Below, in pieces: positions 19,291 to 28,740 of a stretch of DNA of 64,000 nt. The translations under genes and the position numbers were made by a program. The notes beneath the pieces are model-generated. The model was not told the DNA's origin. It worked only from the letters and a program-made list of their open reading frames with translations, and searched no databases. The first letter of the stretch is position 1, and each line of letters opens with the position of its first letter. Where the stretch lies: NCBI GenBank assembly GCA_963705355.1, contig OY970070.1, positions 686,818 to 750,817 on the forward strand, given 5' to 3'. This DNA comes from an uncultured Thermoplasmata archaeon (GTDB lineage: Archaea > Thermoplasmatota > Thermoplasmata > UBA10834).

Positions 19291-20706
19291 TCAGAAAAGT
19301 ACCTTCTTTCCCAGCTTCGCCCTCTCAACGTTCCCGTGCAATTCGGAGAACACCTTCGCGTGCTTGGTGTGTATCGGGACGAGCCTGTCCGGGTCAGCGT
19401 TCCCGATGAACGCTTCCAACTCCTCCCTGCAAGCATGGCCGGAGGCGTGATGGTGGTGTTTGCTCAGCTTCAGAAGTTTCAGCCAGTTTCTCAAACGCCT
19501 CTCGTCGATCAGCTGCTCCTCATTGTGCGCCTCTGAGGTCGAGTGGATGTAGATGCTGCCAGGAGGCATCTCGAAATCCAGGAGGTTGGTCATGTCATAG
19601 AACCCTGAGTGGAGTATCCGCTTTTCCCCGCCCTTTGCGACATCAGGGCCGCGGATCACATTGCCACAGCTGAGGAACTGGCGCTCCCAGGTTTTGTAGT
19701 CACTGTCGTCGAAGTTGCCCTTGCCCTTCTTCTCCATGAGCAGTTCGATGGATGGTTCGGTTCGAGGGTCTGGAAGTGTTAGGCCTTTCGACCTCATCGT
19801 GGACAGGATCAACGCGTCTCTGAAGGTCAGAACTAATGTGCGCCCGCTCTCCTTGGCAGCCTCCAGGAATGTCTCGAGCCGCTGCAGGTCCTTGTAGGCG
19901 AAGTCAGCGACGACCAACCCCTTCGCCTGCTTGGCCAGGTCAACAACGGCCGTCCTGACTTCCTTCTCAGACGGCTTGCCACGCTCATGCACGCGAGTCC
20001 CCTCGCACAGCATGATGTCAATCTCGTTCCCCGATATCCGCCGCATCGTCTCCGCGGTCGTGTTGCCGAACCCTTCCACCCGCAGGTCCCCGGAATACAG
20101 TAGCGAGCCCTCAGATGTGTGGACCAAATAACTCATCGCGCCGGGGACCGAGTGATCGACAGGCAAGCCCTCGACCACGATGCCGTCCACTGCCACTTTC
20201 TTGTTCGGCTCAACAACGACCCACTTCCTTCTCACGACATCATCAGACCTACTGGATGGCCTTCGTTTGTACTCGAATATCTCGCTCTCGAAGTCGTGGA
20301 CGTTGCAGATGCTGAGCGCTTCAGCCATGGCGGACGATTGCAGCGAGGCGTAAACTGGCACGTTCTCGTTCAGGAAGGCGATGTATGAGGAGTGGTCCAT
20401 GTGTATGTGAGTGAGGAAGACCGCCTGGACGGGGCAGGCATCCGATGTCCCCATGCCGAGCATCTTGAGGTAGTCCGACCGGTAGACGCCGCAGAAGTCA
20501 GGATGCATCGCATCGGGCAGCAGGCCAGTGCGAATGAGGTCGGTCAGGCCTGCGGACGCGCGGGGTCTCAGGTACTCCTCGAAGTACTTACCCTTCTGAT
20601 TGTAGCTGAGGCCGAGGTCGAGGAAGATCCGACTCCCGCGGTCTTCCAGAAGGATCTTGTTCCCTCCGATCTCGTTGACCCCACCGTGGAGCGTTATGCT
20701 TGTCAT
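19291..20706 (-). CDS. beta-CASP family metallo-beta-lactamase ribonuclease (aCPSF2 / RNase J-like)
   Basis: 471 aa; MBL motif THIHMDH near N-terminus and a C-terminal His-rich region consistent with beta-CASP nucleases. Confidence 0.5.
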   Translation of the reverse strand: MTSITLHGGVNEIGGNKILLEDRGSRIFLDLGLSYNQKGKYFEEYLRPRASAGLTDLIRTGLLPDAMHPDFCGVYRSDYLKMLGMGTSDACPVQAVFLTHIHMDHSSYIAFLNENVPVYASLQSSAMAEALSICNVHDFESEIFEYKRRPSSRSDDVVRRKWVVVEPNKKVAVDGIVVEGLPVDHSVPGAMSYLVHTSEGSLLYSGDLRVEGFGNTTAETMRRISGNEIDIMLCEGTRVHERGKPSEKEVRTAVVDLAKQAKGLVVADFAYKDLQRLETFLEAAKESGRTLVLTFRDALILSTMRSKGLTLPDPRTEPSIELLMEKKGKGNFDDSDYKTWERQFLSCGNVIRGPDVAKGGEKRILHSGFYDMTNLLDFEMPPGSIYIHSTSEAHNEEQLIDERRLRNWLKLLKLSKHHHHASGHACREELEAFIGNADPDRLVPIHTKHAKVFSELHGNVERAKLGKKVLF

Positions 20707-20715
20707 GCGTCTCCC

Positions 20716-21414
20716 TCATGAGTTCGACATCGCCATCAAGCTTTTGGTTTGCGCGCTGCGAACACGGGGCAGTATATCCCTCAGAACATCAGCAGTGTGG
20801 AAGTCGTCCAATGATGCGATGTGCGGCCTGCGCTGACCCATCTCCTCGGCCAAGTCCGCGATTTTCAGCCACGATGGCAATTCAGAGATACCCTTGATCC
20901 TCTCCGCTCTGGCCCAGCTGTTGTACGGTCTGTCCACTAGGATGGCCTCCACGCCAATCCTCCTGACAGGGTACAGGTCGAGAACCGGCATGTCGCCCAC
21001 CATGACGGCCTCCTCCCGCTTGAATCCCTTTCTATAGAGATACTTGGCAATCAGCTTGCCCTTGTTGTCGTTCAGCATGATCTCGTCGAAGAGATGGCGG
21101 ATGCCGAACTTGTCGAGCAAGGCGGTCAGTATCTCCTTCGGGTTCTTCGAAACGATGCACAAGGTCTCGACTTGTCCTCTTAGTGCCTCGAGCGATTCTC
21201 TGACGCCCTTGTCCAGCTCGAAGAACTCGACTGCGGCATCAGGTGAAGGGTCCGCCCAGAACTCCCAGCGAGACTTGCCGTTCTTGGGCACATAGAGTGT
21301 GCCCTCCGCATCAAGGAACACGTGTCTGAATTTCCGCACCTTCTGTGCATCCCATTGGCTCATGATTGGTGAAGTCGCAGGCCCGGTATTGATGGAGATC
21401 AGATATCGTATCAT
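20716..21414 (-). CDS. HAD-superfamily hydrolase-like protein
   Basis: Motif-I-like VFLDAEGTL (second Asp replaced by Glu) and downstream GDMPVLD; start uncertain. Confidence 0.4.
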   Translation of the reverse strand: MIRYLISINTGPATSPIMSQWDAQKVRKFRHVFLDAEGTLYVPKNGKSRWEFWADPSPDAAVEFFELDKGVRESLEALRGQVETLCIVSKNPKEILTALLDKFGIRHLFDEIMLNDNKGKLIAKYLYRKGFKREEAVMVGDMPVLDLYPVRRIGVEAILVDRPYNSWARAERIKGISELPSWLKIADLAEEMGQRRPHIASLDDFHTADVLRDILPRVRSAQTKSLMAMSNS

Positions 21415-21511
21415 ATCGGCTGATACGAAGAGGCATGGCTCTGGAGGAATTGTGTCAGCACCGGATTTAATATTAGTATGATAATTATTATTACGGTATC
21501 ACAAGAAGTAA

Positions 21512-22216
21512 ATGGAACCGACGACATACACTATCTCGGCGAGAAGAATGGTAGTTGTCTTCGGTACCCTTGGCTTTCGTCCAAAGTCCCTGGTTCCAAC
21601 AATAAGATCCACGCCAAATGTGGACAAGGTCGTGTTCTACTGCGGTGCGGACAAGTCCGACACAGAGGCGACGAGGAGGGTCGGGGAGGCGAGGAAGGCT
21701 GTCCTGGAGTATTGCCGAAGCATGAAGCTTGCAGTCGAGGCGGTTGACTTGGACGATCCATTCGACTTCAAGAACATCGCAGTGAGGATCAGGGGCGACA
21801 TTCGCAAGCACAAGCGCGAGGGCAGAGAGATTGCGATTTTCAACATAGCCGGGGGAACGAAACCCACCTCTGCTGCGGCCTTGCTGGTTTGCATCCTGGA
21901 GGGAATACCGACGGTGTACGTCCACGACCTGACCTACGAAGAGATCCCGCTGCCGCTGCTGAAGATGGAATATAGCCAGGTGCTATCGGGCGAGGAGCGA
22001 GAGATACTCAAGACGTTGTCGAAAAACAAGTCGAGGAAGCTAACAGAGGTCGAGCTGGCATCGCTGATTGGAAAGCACAAGGCAACCGTCAACCACCACC
22101 TCCGCAACCTCGTCGCCAAAGGCGCGGTGAGGCTGGAGAGACACCCGGACGACTCGAGGAAGAAGGTCGTGGTCGTCGAGGAGTCGACGGAGCTCCTGCT
22201 TGGTGATGACGAGTGA
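21512..22216 (+). CDS. Csa3/CARF-like regulator with C-terminal winged HTH (paralog A)
   Basis: N-terminal strand VVVFGTLGF, glycine-rich NIAGGTKP about 100 aa later, C-terminal wHTH-like segment; AT-rich promoter-like stretch upstream. Confidence 0.5.
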   Translation: MEPTTYTISARRMVVVFGTLGFRPKSLVPTIRSTPNVDKVVFYCGADKSDTEATRRVGEARKAVLEYCRSMKLAVEAVDLDDPFDFKNIAVRIRGDIRKHKREGREIAIFNIAGGTKPTSAAALLVCILEGIPTVYVHDLTYEEIPLPLLKMEYSQVLSGEEREILKTLSKNKSRKLTEVELASLIGKHKATVNHHLRNLVAKGAVRLERHPDDSRKKVVVVEESTELLLGDDE

Positions 22217-22863
22217 GAATCCTTGTTTCCACCTTCGGTCCTGAGGACGCTGAAAGGGTCCTGCAGGCCATGAGGCAGCTTCCATATGACAAGCTGGTCC
22301 TCATCGGCCAGGAAGGCATCCAAGGATGCGAAGCGTTTCAGAGGATCAAGAACCTCGAAGATATGGCTGGCCATGCGGTCGACGCCGAGACTGTTGATGA
22401 AGATGATTTCATGGCGCTCGTCGACGGAGTATCGGAGATACTCCTGAGACATGCAAACGGCGGAAGGAATCCCGTGACACTGAACATCAGCGGCGGATCG
22501 AAGTTGCTGGGTGATGCCGCGCTGCTTGCGGCATTCCGCTTCGGATTGGAGGCGTTCCATTTCGACGGCAGGATCACCAAACTGCCGGTTCTCCAAGGGG
22601 CGACCGCGAAGGACAGATTCACGACTTCTCAGACGAGACTGATCAACGTGATTGGGGAAAAGAATCTGGTCTTGGACGATCTGATCGTCAAGATGAAACC
22701 GGCGAGCAAGCAATCAACCGAGAGAGTGATTCGAGAACTTAGGAAGCAGAACCTGCTCAGACCCGAGGTGCGCAGAAGGAAGGTCCGCTTGTCACTGTCA
22801 CCCTCGGGGTTGGAGGTCTTCCGCGCTATCCGCCTGACCGCAACGAACAAGAGACCAGATTAG
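22213..22863 (+). CDS. Csa3/CARF-like regulator with C-terminal winged HTH (paralog B)
   Basis: Same architecture as paralog A (ILVSTFGPE, NISGGSKL, basic C-terminal HTH-like region); GTG start overlapping the upstream stop (GTGA). Confidence 0.5.
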   Translation: MRILVSTFGPEDAERVLQAMRQLPYDKLVLIGQEGIQGCEAFQRIKNLEDMAGHAVDAETVDEDDFMALVDGVSEILLRHANGGRNPVTLNISGGSKLLGDAALLAAFRFGLEAFHFDGRITKLPVLQGATAKDRFTTSQTRLINVIGEKNLVLDDLIVKMKPASKQSTERVIRELRKQNLLRPEVRRRKVRLSLSPSGLEVFRAIRLTATNKRPD

Positions 22864-23633
22864 TCGTGCTTCTCTAGGTCCTCTCCGCCCTCGAATACCT
22901 GCTGGGCGAGACTGTAGATGTCCTCGAGTCCATCTCCCGAGTCCGCGCTCACGGGCATTAGCGTTCTCCCGACGCCCACGCTCTCCAGTGCCTGAAGGAA
23001 CTCTGCATTCAGCTGGGTCTGACTGTCGACAGACTCGTCGAGGAGGGCGTTGAAAAGGGCGTAGTAGTCTCCACTCCATTCTTCGATCTTCATCTTCTCC
23101 ATGTCGGACAGAACATCGGCTTTTGCGAGCACGGAGATCATTGGCAACGGGAGCCTGAAGTGTACAGACGCCGCCAGCATCAGCGAGGACACGAAACCGT
23201 TCGGGGTCTTGGCCAGAGCAGGGTCGAACAGATACACGAGCATAGCGGCCTGCCCGCTCAACTCTTCGAGCACCAGCCTGCTGCTCTGCCTGAACGAAAA
23301 CAGCTCCAACTGGCCTGAGGTATCGATGAGAACGAAATCGGTGTTATATCCCGCCACAACCTGGGCGATCTCTTGGATATTCACCGCGAGCATGTCGGCC
23401 GCGGCGATCTGCGCCCCGTTCGGTCCGAGGCCGTACTCCTGCATCACCTCCGACAGCTTGATCCAGTCACGGACGTCGACGTCAGGCGCATAGAGCAGTG
23501 TATCCGCGCCAGGGTCCAGGTTGACGGTGATCGCATCATAGCCCTGGTTCTGCAGCCACAGGAGAAAGGCGTTTGTCAGAGTGCTCTTGCCGCAGCCAGC
23601 AGTCCCGACAAAATACAGATGTTTTGCAGCCAT
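22860..23633 (-). CDS. GPN-loop GTPase
   Basis: P-loop GTAGCGKST and GPN motif (GLGPNGA). Confidence 0.8.
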   Translation of the reverse strand: MAAKHLYFVGTAGCGKSTLTNAFLLWLQNQGYDAITVNLDPGADTLLYAPDVDVRDWIKLSEVMQEYGLGPNGAQIAAADMLAVNIQEIAQVVAGYNTDFVLIDTSGQLELFSFRQSSRLVLEELSGQAAMLVYLFDPALAKTPNGFVSSLMLAASVHFRLPLPMISVLAKADVLSDMEKMKIEEWSGDYYALFNALLDESVDSQTQLNAEFLQALESVGVGRTLMPVSADSGDGLEDIYSLAQQVFEGGEDLEKHD

Positions 23634-23657
23634 TTCCCGCTCCGCGTGAATGTCAGA

Positions 23658-23763
23658 TGGCGGGCTTGAAGGGATTCGAACCCTTGGCCAACCGGTGTCT
23701 CCTTCCGTTCCTTTCAGAACCGAAGTAAGAGCCGGTTGCTCTACCTAGCTGAGCTACAAGCCC
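23658..23763 (-). tRNA. tRNA-Lys (anticodon CTT) with approx. 29-nt anticodon-loop intron and genomically encoded CCA
   Basis: Minus-strand fold: acceptor GGGCTTG/CAAGCCC, D-arm GCTC-AGCTAGGTA-GAGC, anticodon stem ACCGG/CCGGT split by insert after position 37, T-arm AAGGG-TTCGAAT-CCCTT, discriminator G then CCA. Confidence 0.75.
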
Positions 23764-23788
23764 GCAGACTCGCAGAATATGTCGACCA

Positions 23789-23796
23789 TTTATAAA
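23789..23796 (-). promoter_or_regulatory. palindromic TATA box (TTTATAAA) for tRNA-Lys
   Basis: Centred about 29 nt upstream of the tRNA 5' end. Confidence 0.5.
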
Positions 23797-23926
23797 CCTA
23801 TCGTGTTTGACAAGAAAGGTTGGGACGACTGGCCTCCTTGGTCCCAGGCTTGAGATATGATTATTCCAACAATTATATATTTAGAATTCAAAATGAAATG
23901 AGTGAAAGAGGTTTGTGTGAAAGGGC

Positions 23927-25423
23927 TCAGCTTTTGCCGAACTCGTTCACTATCGCACTGAGCCCCTTAGACTTGTCAGCGTCCAGCGGGACCGGCTTGT
24001 GCTCCTTCAAGATCTGCTCGATGCGCGCGTTCGCCGCCTCGAGCGAGTCCATGCCGCCTTTGTTCACGGCCTGCTCGAAGGTCTCCGTCCTCCACATTAG
24101 CTGCATGTAGTAGTCGCGCATGTGCGAGAGCGTGTGCTTCTGACCCAGATAGTTCCCGCCTATGCCGACCTTCTTGATCAGGTCCACTGCTAGCGTCTCA
24201 TCGCTGACCTCGAACCCGCTCATGGTCTTCAGGGTCATACCAGCTATCTCATGGTCGAACAGCAGCTGCTCGTACGACAGAAGTGTGGAGCCGTCCGGAA
24301 CCCCCAGGCCATTGATGACCTCTCCGCCGACAAGGATGCTCGCGGCGGTGGAGAGCTGGTTCTCTATCGATGCCTGCACGCCAGGGACCTTCGCGCTCGA
24401 GCCCATGCCTCCTGTGGAGTTCGGTATCTTGCAGAACTTGGCCATCTCGACCGCGGCAGCGCAAAGGATGGTGCTCTCGGGCGAGCCGCCTATGTACGCG
24501 CCCGACATCGGGTCCATGGCGGAAAGGACGGAGCCGTACATGACGGGCGAACCGGGTTCGTGAGCTTGCATCGCGCATGCGAGCGCGAGCGTCTCCGCGT
24601 GATTGACCACGAGGTCGCCAGCGATCGTTGCGGGACCGTTCATGCCCGCCTGGGCCATGCCGGTGATGTGCACTGGAACATGGTTCTCCGCCCAGACCAT
24701 CGCCGCCTCAGTGGTCGGACCTTCGAGCACGAGCGGCGAGACTGTGCAGACCATGGCGGAGATGTAGTGTCTATTCCTCAGCTCCTCGATGTCGCCCATG
24801 ATCTCGGCGGCCATCTTGACCTGGGCCCTGGCCTCGTCCGGGTTCGAAGTCGACTCGGTCAGAATGTGCTTCTGAGTGTTCTCCATCGCGACCCTAACGC
24901 CCTCGATCACGTGCATCTTTTCCGGCACATCGTGCGCGACAACCATCGGCTCATAGATGCTTACGTACGGAAGCCAATCGGATATGATCGCCGTCCTGCG
25001 AATGTCCTCCAGGACAGACCTTCTTTTGGTCCGCGTCTTGGCCTCCCACACAGCGACTCCGCAACCGTCGGTTGTGAAGTAGCTGTGGTTGCCGTCAAGG
25101 GGGAGATCGAACTCCTTGGTTCGACCCGCAAGGGTGTACGTCTTTGGGATCTTCTTCGAGAGCGAGTTCACGACACTTATAGGGAACTTGACGACCTCGG
25201 TCTTCTCGTCCACGATGGCCCCCGAGCCCTTCAGGGCGCTCCTGGCCGTCTTGCTGTGGACCTTGAGGCCGACGTCCTCCATCACCTCGAGGGTGGCCTC
25301 GTGGATCATCTTCTTGTCCGTCGTGCTCATCAGCTCGCACTTTGTCTTGACCTTGAAATTGTCTGCGAAGTTCTGGTTTGCCATTTTGTTCACTTCCTCC
25401 TGACACGCAGTCAGATATTGCAT
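23927..25423 (-). CDS. MttB-superfamily (trimethylamine/quaternary-amine:corrinoid) methyltransferase, no in-frame amber codon
   Basis: About 490-aa uninterrupted ORF of MttB-family length and layout (N-terminal IHEATLEVMEDVGLKV); probable ATG start at MANQ. Confidence 0.7.
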   Translation of the reverse strand: MQYLTACQEEVNKMANQNFADNFKVKTKCELMSTTDKKMIHEATLEVMEDVGLKVHSKTARSALKGSGAIVDEKTEVVKFPISVVNSLSKKIPKTYTLAGRTKEFDLPLDGNHSYFTTDGCGVAVWEAKTRTKRRSVLEDIRRTAIISDWLPYVSIYEPMVVAHDVPEKMHVIEGVRVAMENTQKHILTESTSNPDEARAQVKMAAEIMGDIEELRNRHYISAMVCTVSPLVLEGPTTEAAMVWAENHVPVHITGMAQAGMNGPATIAGDLVVNHAETLALACAMQAHEPGSPVMYGSVLSAMDPMSGAYIGGSPESTILCAAAVEMAKFCKIPNSTGGMGSSAKVPGVQASIENQLSTAASILVGGEVINGLGVPDGSTLLSYEQLLFDHEIAGMTLKTMSGFEVSDETLAVDLIKKVGIGGNYLGQKHTLSHMRDYYMQLMWRTETFEQAVNKGGMDSLEAANARIEQILKEHKPVPLDADKSKGLSAIVNEFGKS

Positions 25424-25486
25424 CTCGTCGGGATTAACGATTGGCTAGGGTTTGGCCCGATCAGCTGCGGGTGGTTATAGAAAGAC

Positions 25487-26953
25487 TCAGAAGCTACGTT
25501 TCTCCAGGGCATCAGCGCCGATGCTCTTCGAGTACTCCCGAATGATGCTGTCGATGCTCTTTCTGACCTCGGTCTCGAGAGGTTCGGGATGATGCGAACC
25601 AAGAAGCTCGACCATGCGCTCCTTGGCGCGCTTCTTCGCGTCCTTGGAGCCGGCCTCCATCCACCTTGTCCTGCTGGCCCTGTCCGAGATCCTGGGCGCC
25701 AAATGCTCCTTCCTGAAACGCAGCAAGGTGTCCTTCTGCTTCAAGTAGCTGCCCATCGGGCCTACCTTGTTGATGAGTTCGACTGAAAGTGTCTGATCGT
25801 TCACTTCGATGCCCTCGGAGAACCTGAGGGCATTGGCTGCGATCTCCTCGTCAATTACAAGCTGAACCGGCGAGAACGTGCTGAAAGCTTCAGTCGCGCC
25901 GATGAACAGGTCCGAGAAGTCGGCGCCCGCAGCGGCGGCTGCAAGAGCTGAGAAGGCCTTCTCATATGCGGCTTGCTCATCCACCGCCTTTGAGTCGCTC
26001 TGAACCCCCATGTTGCTGGGCAGGCCGTAGTACTTGGCGAGTTGCACCGCGCCCACGCCAATGAGAGAGAACTCGGGGGCACCAGTGGCGGACATCCCGC
26101 TCCTCATGTCGAGCGGGCAGGATACTGAGCCGTAGACGATCTTCGGGGATCTAGTGACCGTGCTCGCAATCACGATGGAACTGAGCACCTCGGCGTTTTG
26201 CTGCACGAGGGTCCCCGCGATGGAGGCTGGAGCGGTGCCGCCAGCAAGGGCCATGACTGTGACGAACACTGGCATATCCATTCGGCAATAGCCGAGCAGG
26301 GCCTCCAACATCGTATAATCGTGCCCAAGAGGGCTGATGGGGTCGACGTACCCGCAGAAAAGGGGCTTCTTGCGCAGGATCTCCCGGTCCCCATAGATGG
26401 CCTCTCCCAGCCTCATGGCCATCTCGACATCGTCCTTGCCCGTGCTCCCGCCGTATGTGCACTTTGACGAGTTGATCAGGCCAGCAGCCATCACCACGAT
26501 GCTCCTCTCGTAATCGCCGATGTCGCTGGCGTATGTCGGGACATAAGCGATCTGGACATTCTCAAGCGCATCCAAAAGCCTGCAGCAGAGAATGCCGTCG
26601 GCCAATTTAGGAACCCGCGCCTGGTCGGTTTCCGGATCGATGTAGTGAACGCACTCTGCGCCTGGCCCAATCTTAGTCCTGCCGTCGACGGCCTCGATCG
26701 AGTTCTTCTCGCTTCTGGCGTACCACTTGAAATTCTTCTTACAGCTCTTGACGGCCTCCATCACGACCGACTCGGGCATTTTGACGATCTTGGTCTTCCG
26801 GTCGACCTTGAGGCCTTTTCTCACTAGCAGGTCCAGCGTCTCCGAGGAGTTCACGAGCACTCCAGTCTTGCTGAGGACCTCGAGGGAAGCGCCATGGATG
26901 GCGTCCAATCCATCCTTCTCTATCACCTTCAGCATCTGTTTCCCAGAGACCAT
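25487..26953 (-). CDS. MttB-superfamily methyltransferase paralog, no in-frame amber codon
   Basis: 488-aa uninterrupted ORF with the same family layout (N-terminal IHGASLEVLSKTGVLV); tandem to the first paralog. Confidence 0.7.
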   Translation of the reverse strand: MVSGKQMLKVIEKDGLDAIHGASLEVLSKTGVLVNSSETLDLLVRKGLKVDRKTKIVKMPESVVMEAVKSCKKNFKWYARSEKNSIEAVDGRTKIGPGAECVHYIDPETDQARVPKLADGILCCRLLDALENVQIAYVPTYASDIGDYERSIVVMAAGLINSSKCTYGGSTGKDDVEMAMRLGEAIYGDREILRKKPLFCGYVDPISPLGHDYTMLEALLGYCRMDMPVFVTVMALAGGTAPASIAGTLVQQNAEVLSSIVIASTVTRSPKIVYGSVSCPLDMRSGMSATGAPEFSLIGVGAVQLAKYYGLPSNMGVQSDSKAVDEQAAYEKAFSALAAAAAGADFSDLFIGATEAFSTFSPVQLVIDEEIAANALRFSEGIEVNDQTLSVELINKVGPMGSYLKQKDTLLRFRKEHLAPRISDRASRTRWMEAGSKDAKKRAKERMVELLGSHHPEPLETEVRKSIDSIIREYSKSIGADALEKRSF

Positions 26954-27187
26954 ACGCCCCTCACTCCATTGCCGGAAGAGACTTCACTGCTGGTCGATAT
27001 CAGATGTGCTGGATTCCAGTGAATGGCTCTCACCAGACTTCCCGGCGGCGGGACAATAGACTTCATTCAGATAAAGAAATGCCAAACGACTTAAGAAAAG
27101 CTGCGCGAAGTGATGCATTCAGATTTCATCCGAGCCACACTGCAGGTGCAAAGAGTTTATCATGGGGCCCCGCATTGGCTGTTCTGG

Positions 27188-27961
27188 ATGCACGACGCTT
27201 TTATCGCAGTTCTGAGCAGTGGAAGCATTGGTAACTCGTTCCTCGTGATGTCTGATGGCCGCGGCATCCTCATCGATGCCGGGATCTCGTGCAAAGAACT
27301 CGAGCGCCGAATGTCGTCATTCGGTGTAGAGGCGTCGCAAATCGAGGCCTTGGTGCTGACACACGAACACACTGATCACGTGCGATCAGCGCGGCGATTC
27401 GCCGAAGAGAACGGCGTCCAGGTTTTCGGGACAAGAGGGACTCTTGCGCTCACACAGTTGGATGGAACGAAGACCGTGACCATCGCCTCTGCAAAGGACT
27501 TCGCAGTAGGTGATTTGCATTTCAGACCTTTCAAAGTCAGACATCTTGCCGCTGAACCCGTAGCATTTGCCATCACCATTGGCACGAAGAAGGTGAGCAT
27601 CGCATCCGATCTTGGATGCGTAACGCCCAATGCCGTTAGCGAGATGGCCGACTCCGACCTTCTGTTGATTGAGGCGAACTATGACGAGGGGATGCTGCTT
27701 GCAGGAGACTACCCAGACTTTCTCAAGCGAGCCATCAAGGGCGACCATGGTCACCTCTCAAACGATGACGCAGGCGTCCTGTCCATGAGGACCGCGACAG
27801 ACAAGACGCGCAAAATCGTGCTCGTCCATCTCAGCAAGGACAACAACACTCCCGAGATAGCCCTCGATACGGTCGAGCGGAGTCTGAAGCGGGCAAAGTT
27901 GAATTCCGAGCTCGAAGTCTCAGAGCACGGGCTTCCGAGCGGGCCTTTCGCTCTAGGCTGA
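27188..27961 (+). CDS. metallo-beta-lactamase fold hydrolase
   Basis: HxHxDH motif (LTHEHTDH) and N-terminal LSSGSIGNSFLV typical of MBL-fold proteins. Start set at internal ATG. Confidence 0.6.
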   Translation: MHDAFIAVLSSGSIGNSFLVMSDGRGILIDAGISCKELERRMSSFGVEASQIEALVLTHEHTDHVRSARRFAEENGVQVFGTRGTLALTQLDGTKTVTIASAKDFAVGDLHFRPFKVRHLAAEPVAFAITIGTKKVSIASDLGCVTPNAVSEMADSDLLLIEANYDEGMLLAGDYPDFLKRAIKGDHGHLSNDDAGVLSMRTATDKTRKIVLVHLSKDNNTPEIALDTVERSLKRAKLNSELEVSEHGLPSGPFALG

Positions 27962-28621
27962 CGCGATCAGCTTGACCTTCCCGTGCGACACGAGAGTGCT
28001 GGCAATCCCCTTCGGCAGAGAGATGACCTCTTCCTTGCGCAATCTGTAATCCTTGTCGACTCCGGCGAATGTCGGGATGTCTTCGAGGACTCTGACGAGG
28101 ACGAGTTCCTCTGGCTGTTGTTTCTCGGATATTGACTCCTTCTTCTCGCACGTCTTCGCACTCGGAACATCTGGCAACTCCACGACATCTGATGGTTGAG
28201 TGAAGCGCGGCCCAAGCTCCTCGAAGTCTGCTCTCGAATCCTTGTGGGCGCCCAACACGGAAGTCAGGCTGGCGAACAGCACGAGCTCGTCAGGAGTCAG
28301 GTTGCCGGTGTCGGGATTGTCTCCTGCGACCTTCCTGAGAGCGAGAAGGGATATCTTCCTCTGCCTCAACTCGTAGACCCGTTTTGACTTGTCGATGGCC
28401 TTCTTGAGCTGGTCGTTGATCATCATGCTTGCCTGGGACATGGGATTCATGGCGAGCTCGCGTTCGCTCTCTTTCCTCAATGTCTTAATGTATGCCCCGA
28501 TCTTCTCGTAGAGTGAGGAATCTACCTTTGTGAGCTGCGAGGATTTGTTCTCCTCACGAAAAAGACCCATGATTTCCTCATAGCTCATGTCCCCCCTCTC
28601 GGCAGCCATCAAATCAAGCAT
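27953..28621 (-). CDS. GINS-like DNA replication complex subunit (Gins51-like)
   Basis: 222 aa with alpha-helical N-terminal half and beta-rich C-terminal half; assignment by architecture only. Confidence 0.4.
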   Translation of the reverse strand: MLDLMAAERGDMSYEEIMGLFREENKSSQLTKVDSSLYEKIGAYIKTLRKESERELAMNPMSQASMMINDQLKKAIDKSKRVYELRQRKISLLALRKVAGDNPDTGNLTPDELVLFASLTSVLGAHKDSRADFEELGPRFTQPSDVVELPDVPSAKTCEKKESISEKQQPEELVLVRVLEDIPTFAGVDKDYRLRKEEVISLPKGIASTLVSHGKVKLIASA

Positions 28622-28740
28622 GCATCATTAATGTATTTGATGCTTGTGCGTTGCAGATTCTGCAGCAAATCAGGTGGCAAAGGCACTGGATAGCATCGAT
28701 GCCAACTTCCAAGTGCTACACGTAGTCAGAGAAGCATAAT

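Noticed and set aside
24251-25480. 409-aa plus-strand ORF rich in H/R/D/L
   Set aside because: Lies entirely antisense to the MttB-family gene, which has recognisable family character; treated as a shadow ORF.
23927-26953. Possibility that the MttB homologs are pyrrolysine proteins
   Set aside because: Both ORFs are uninterrupted at full family length with no in-frame TAG, so amber read-through is not needed to explain them.
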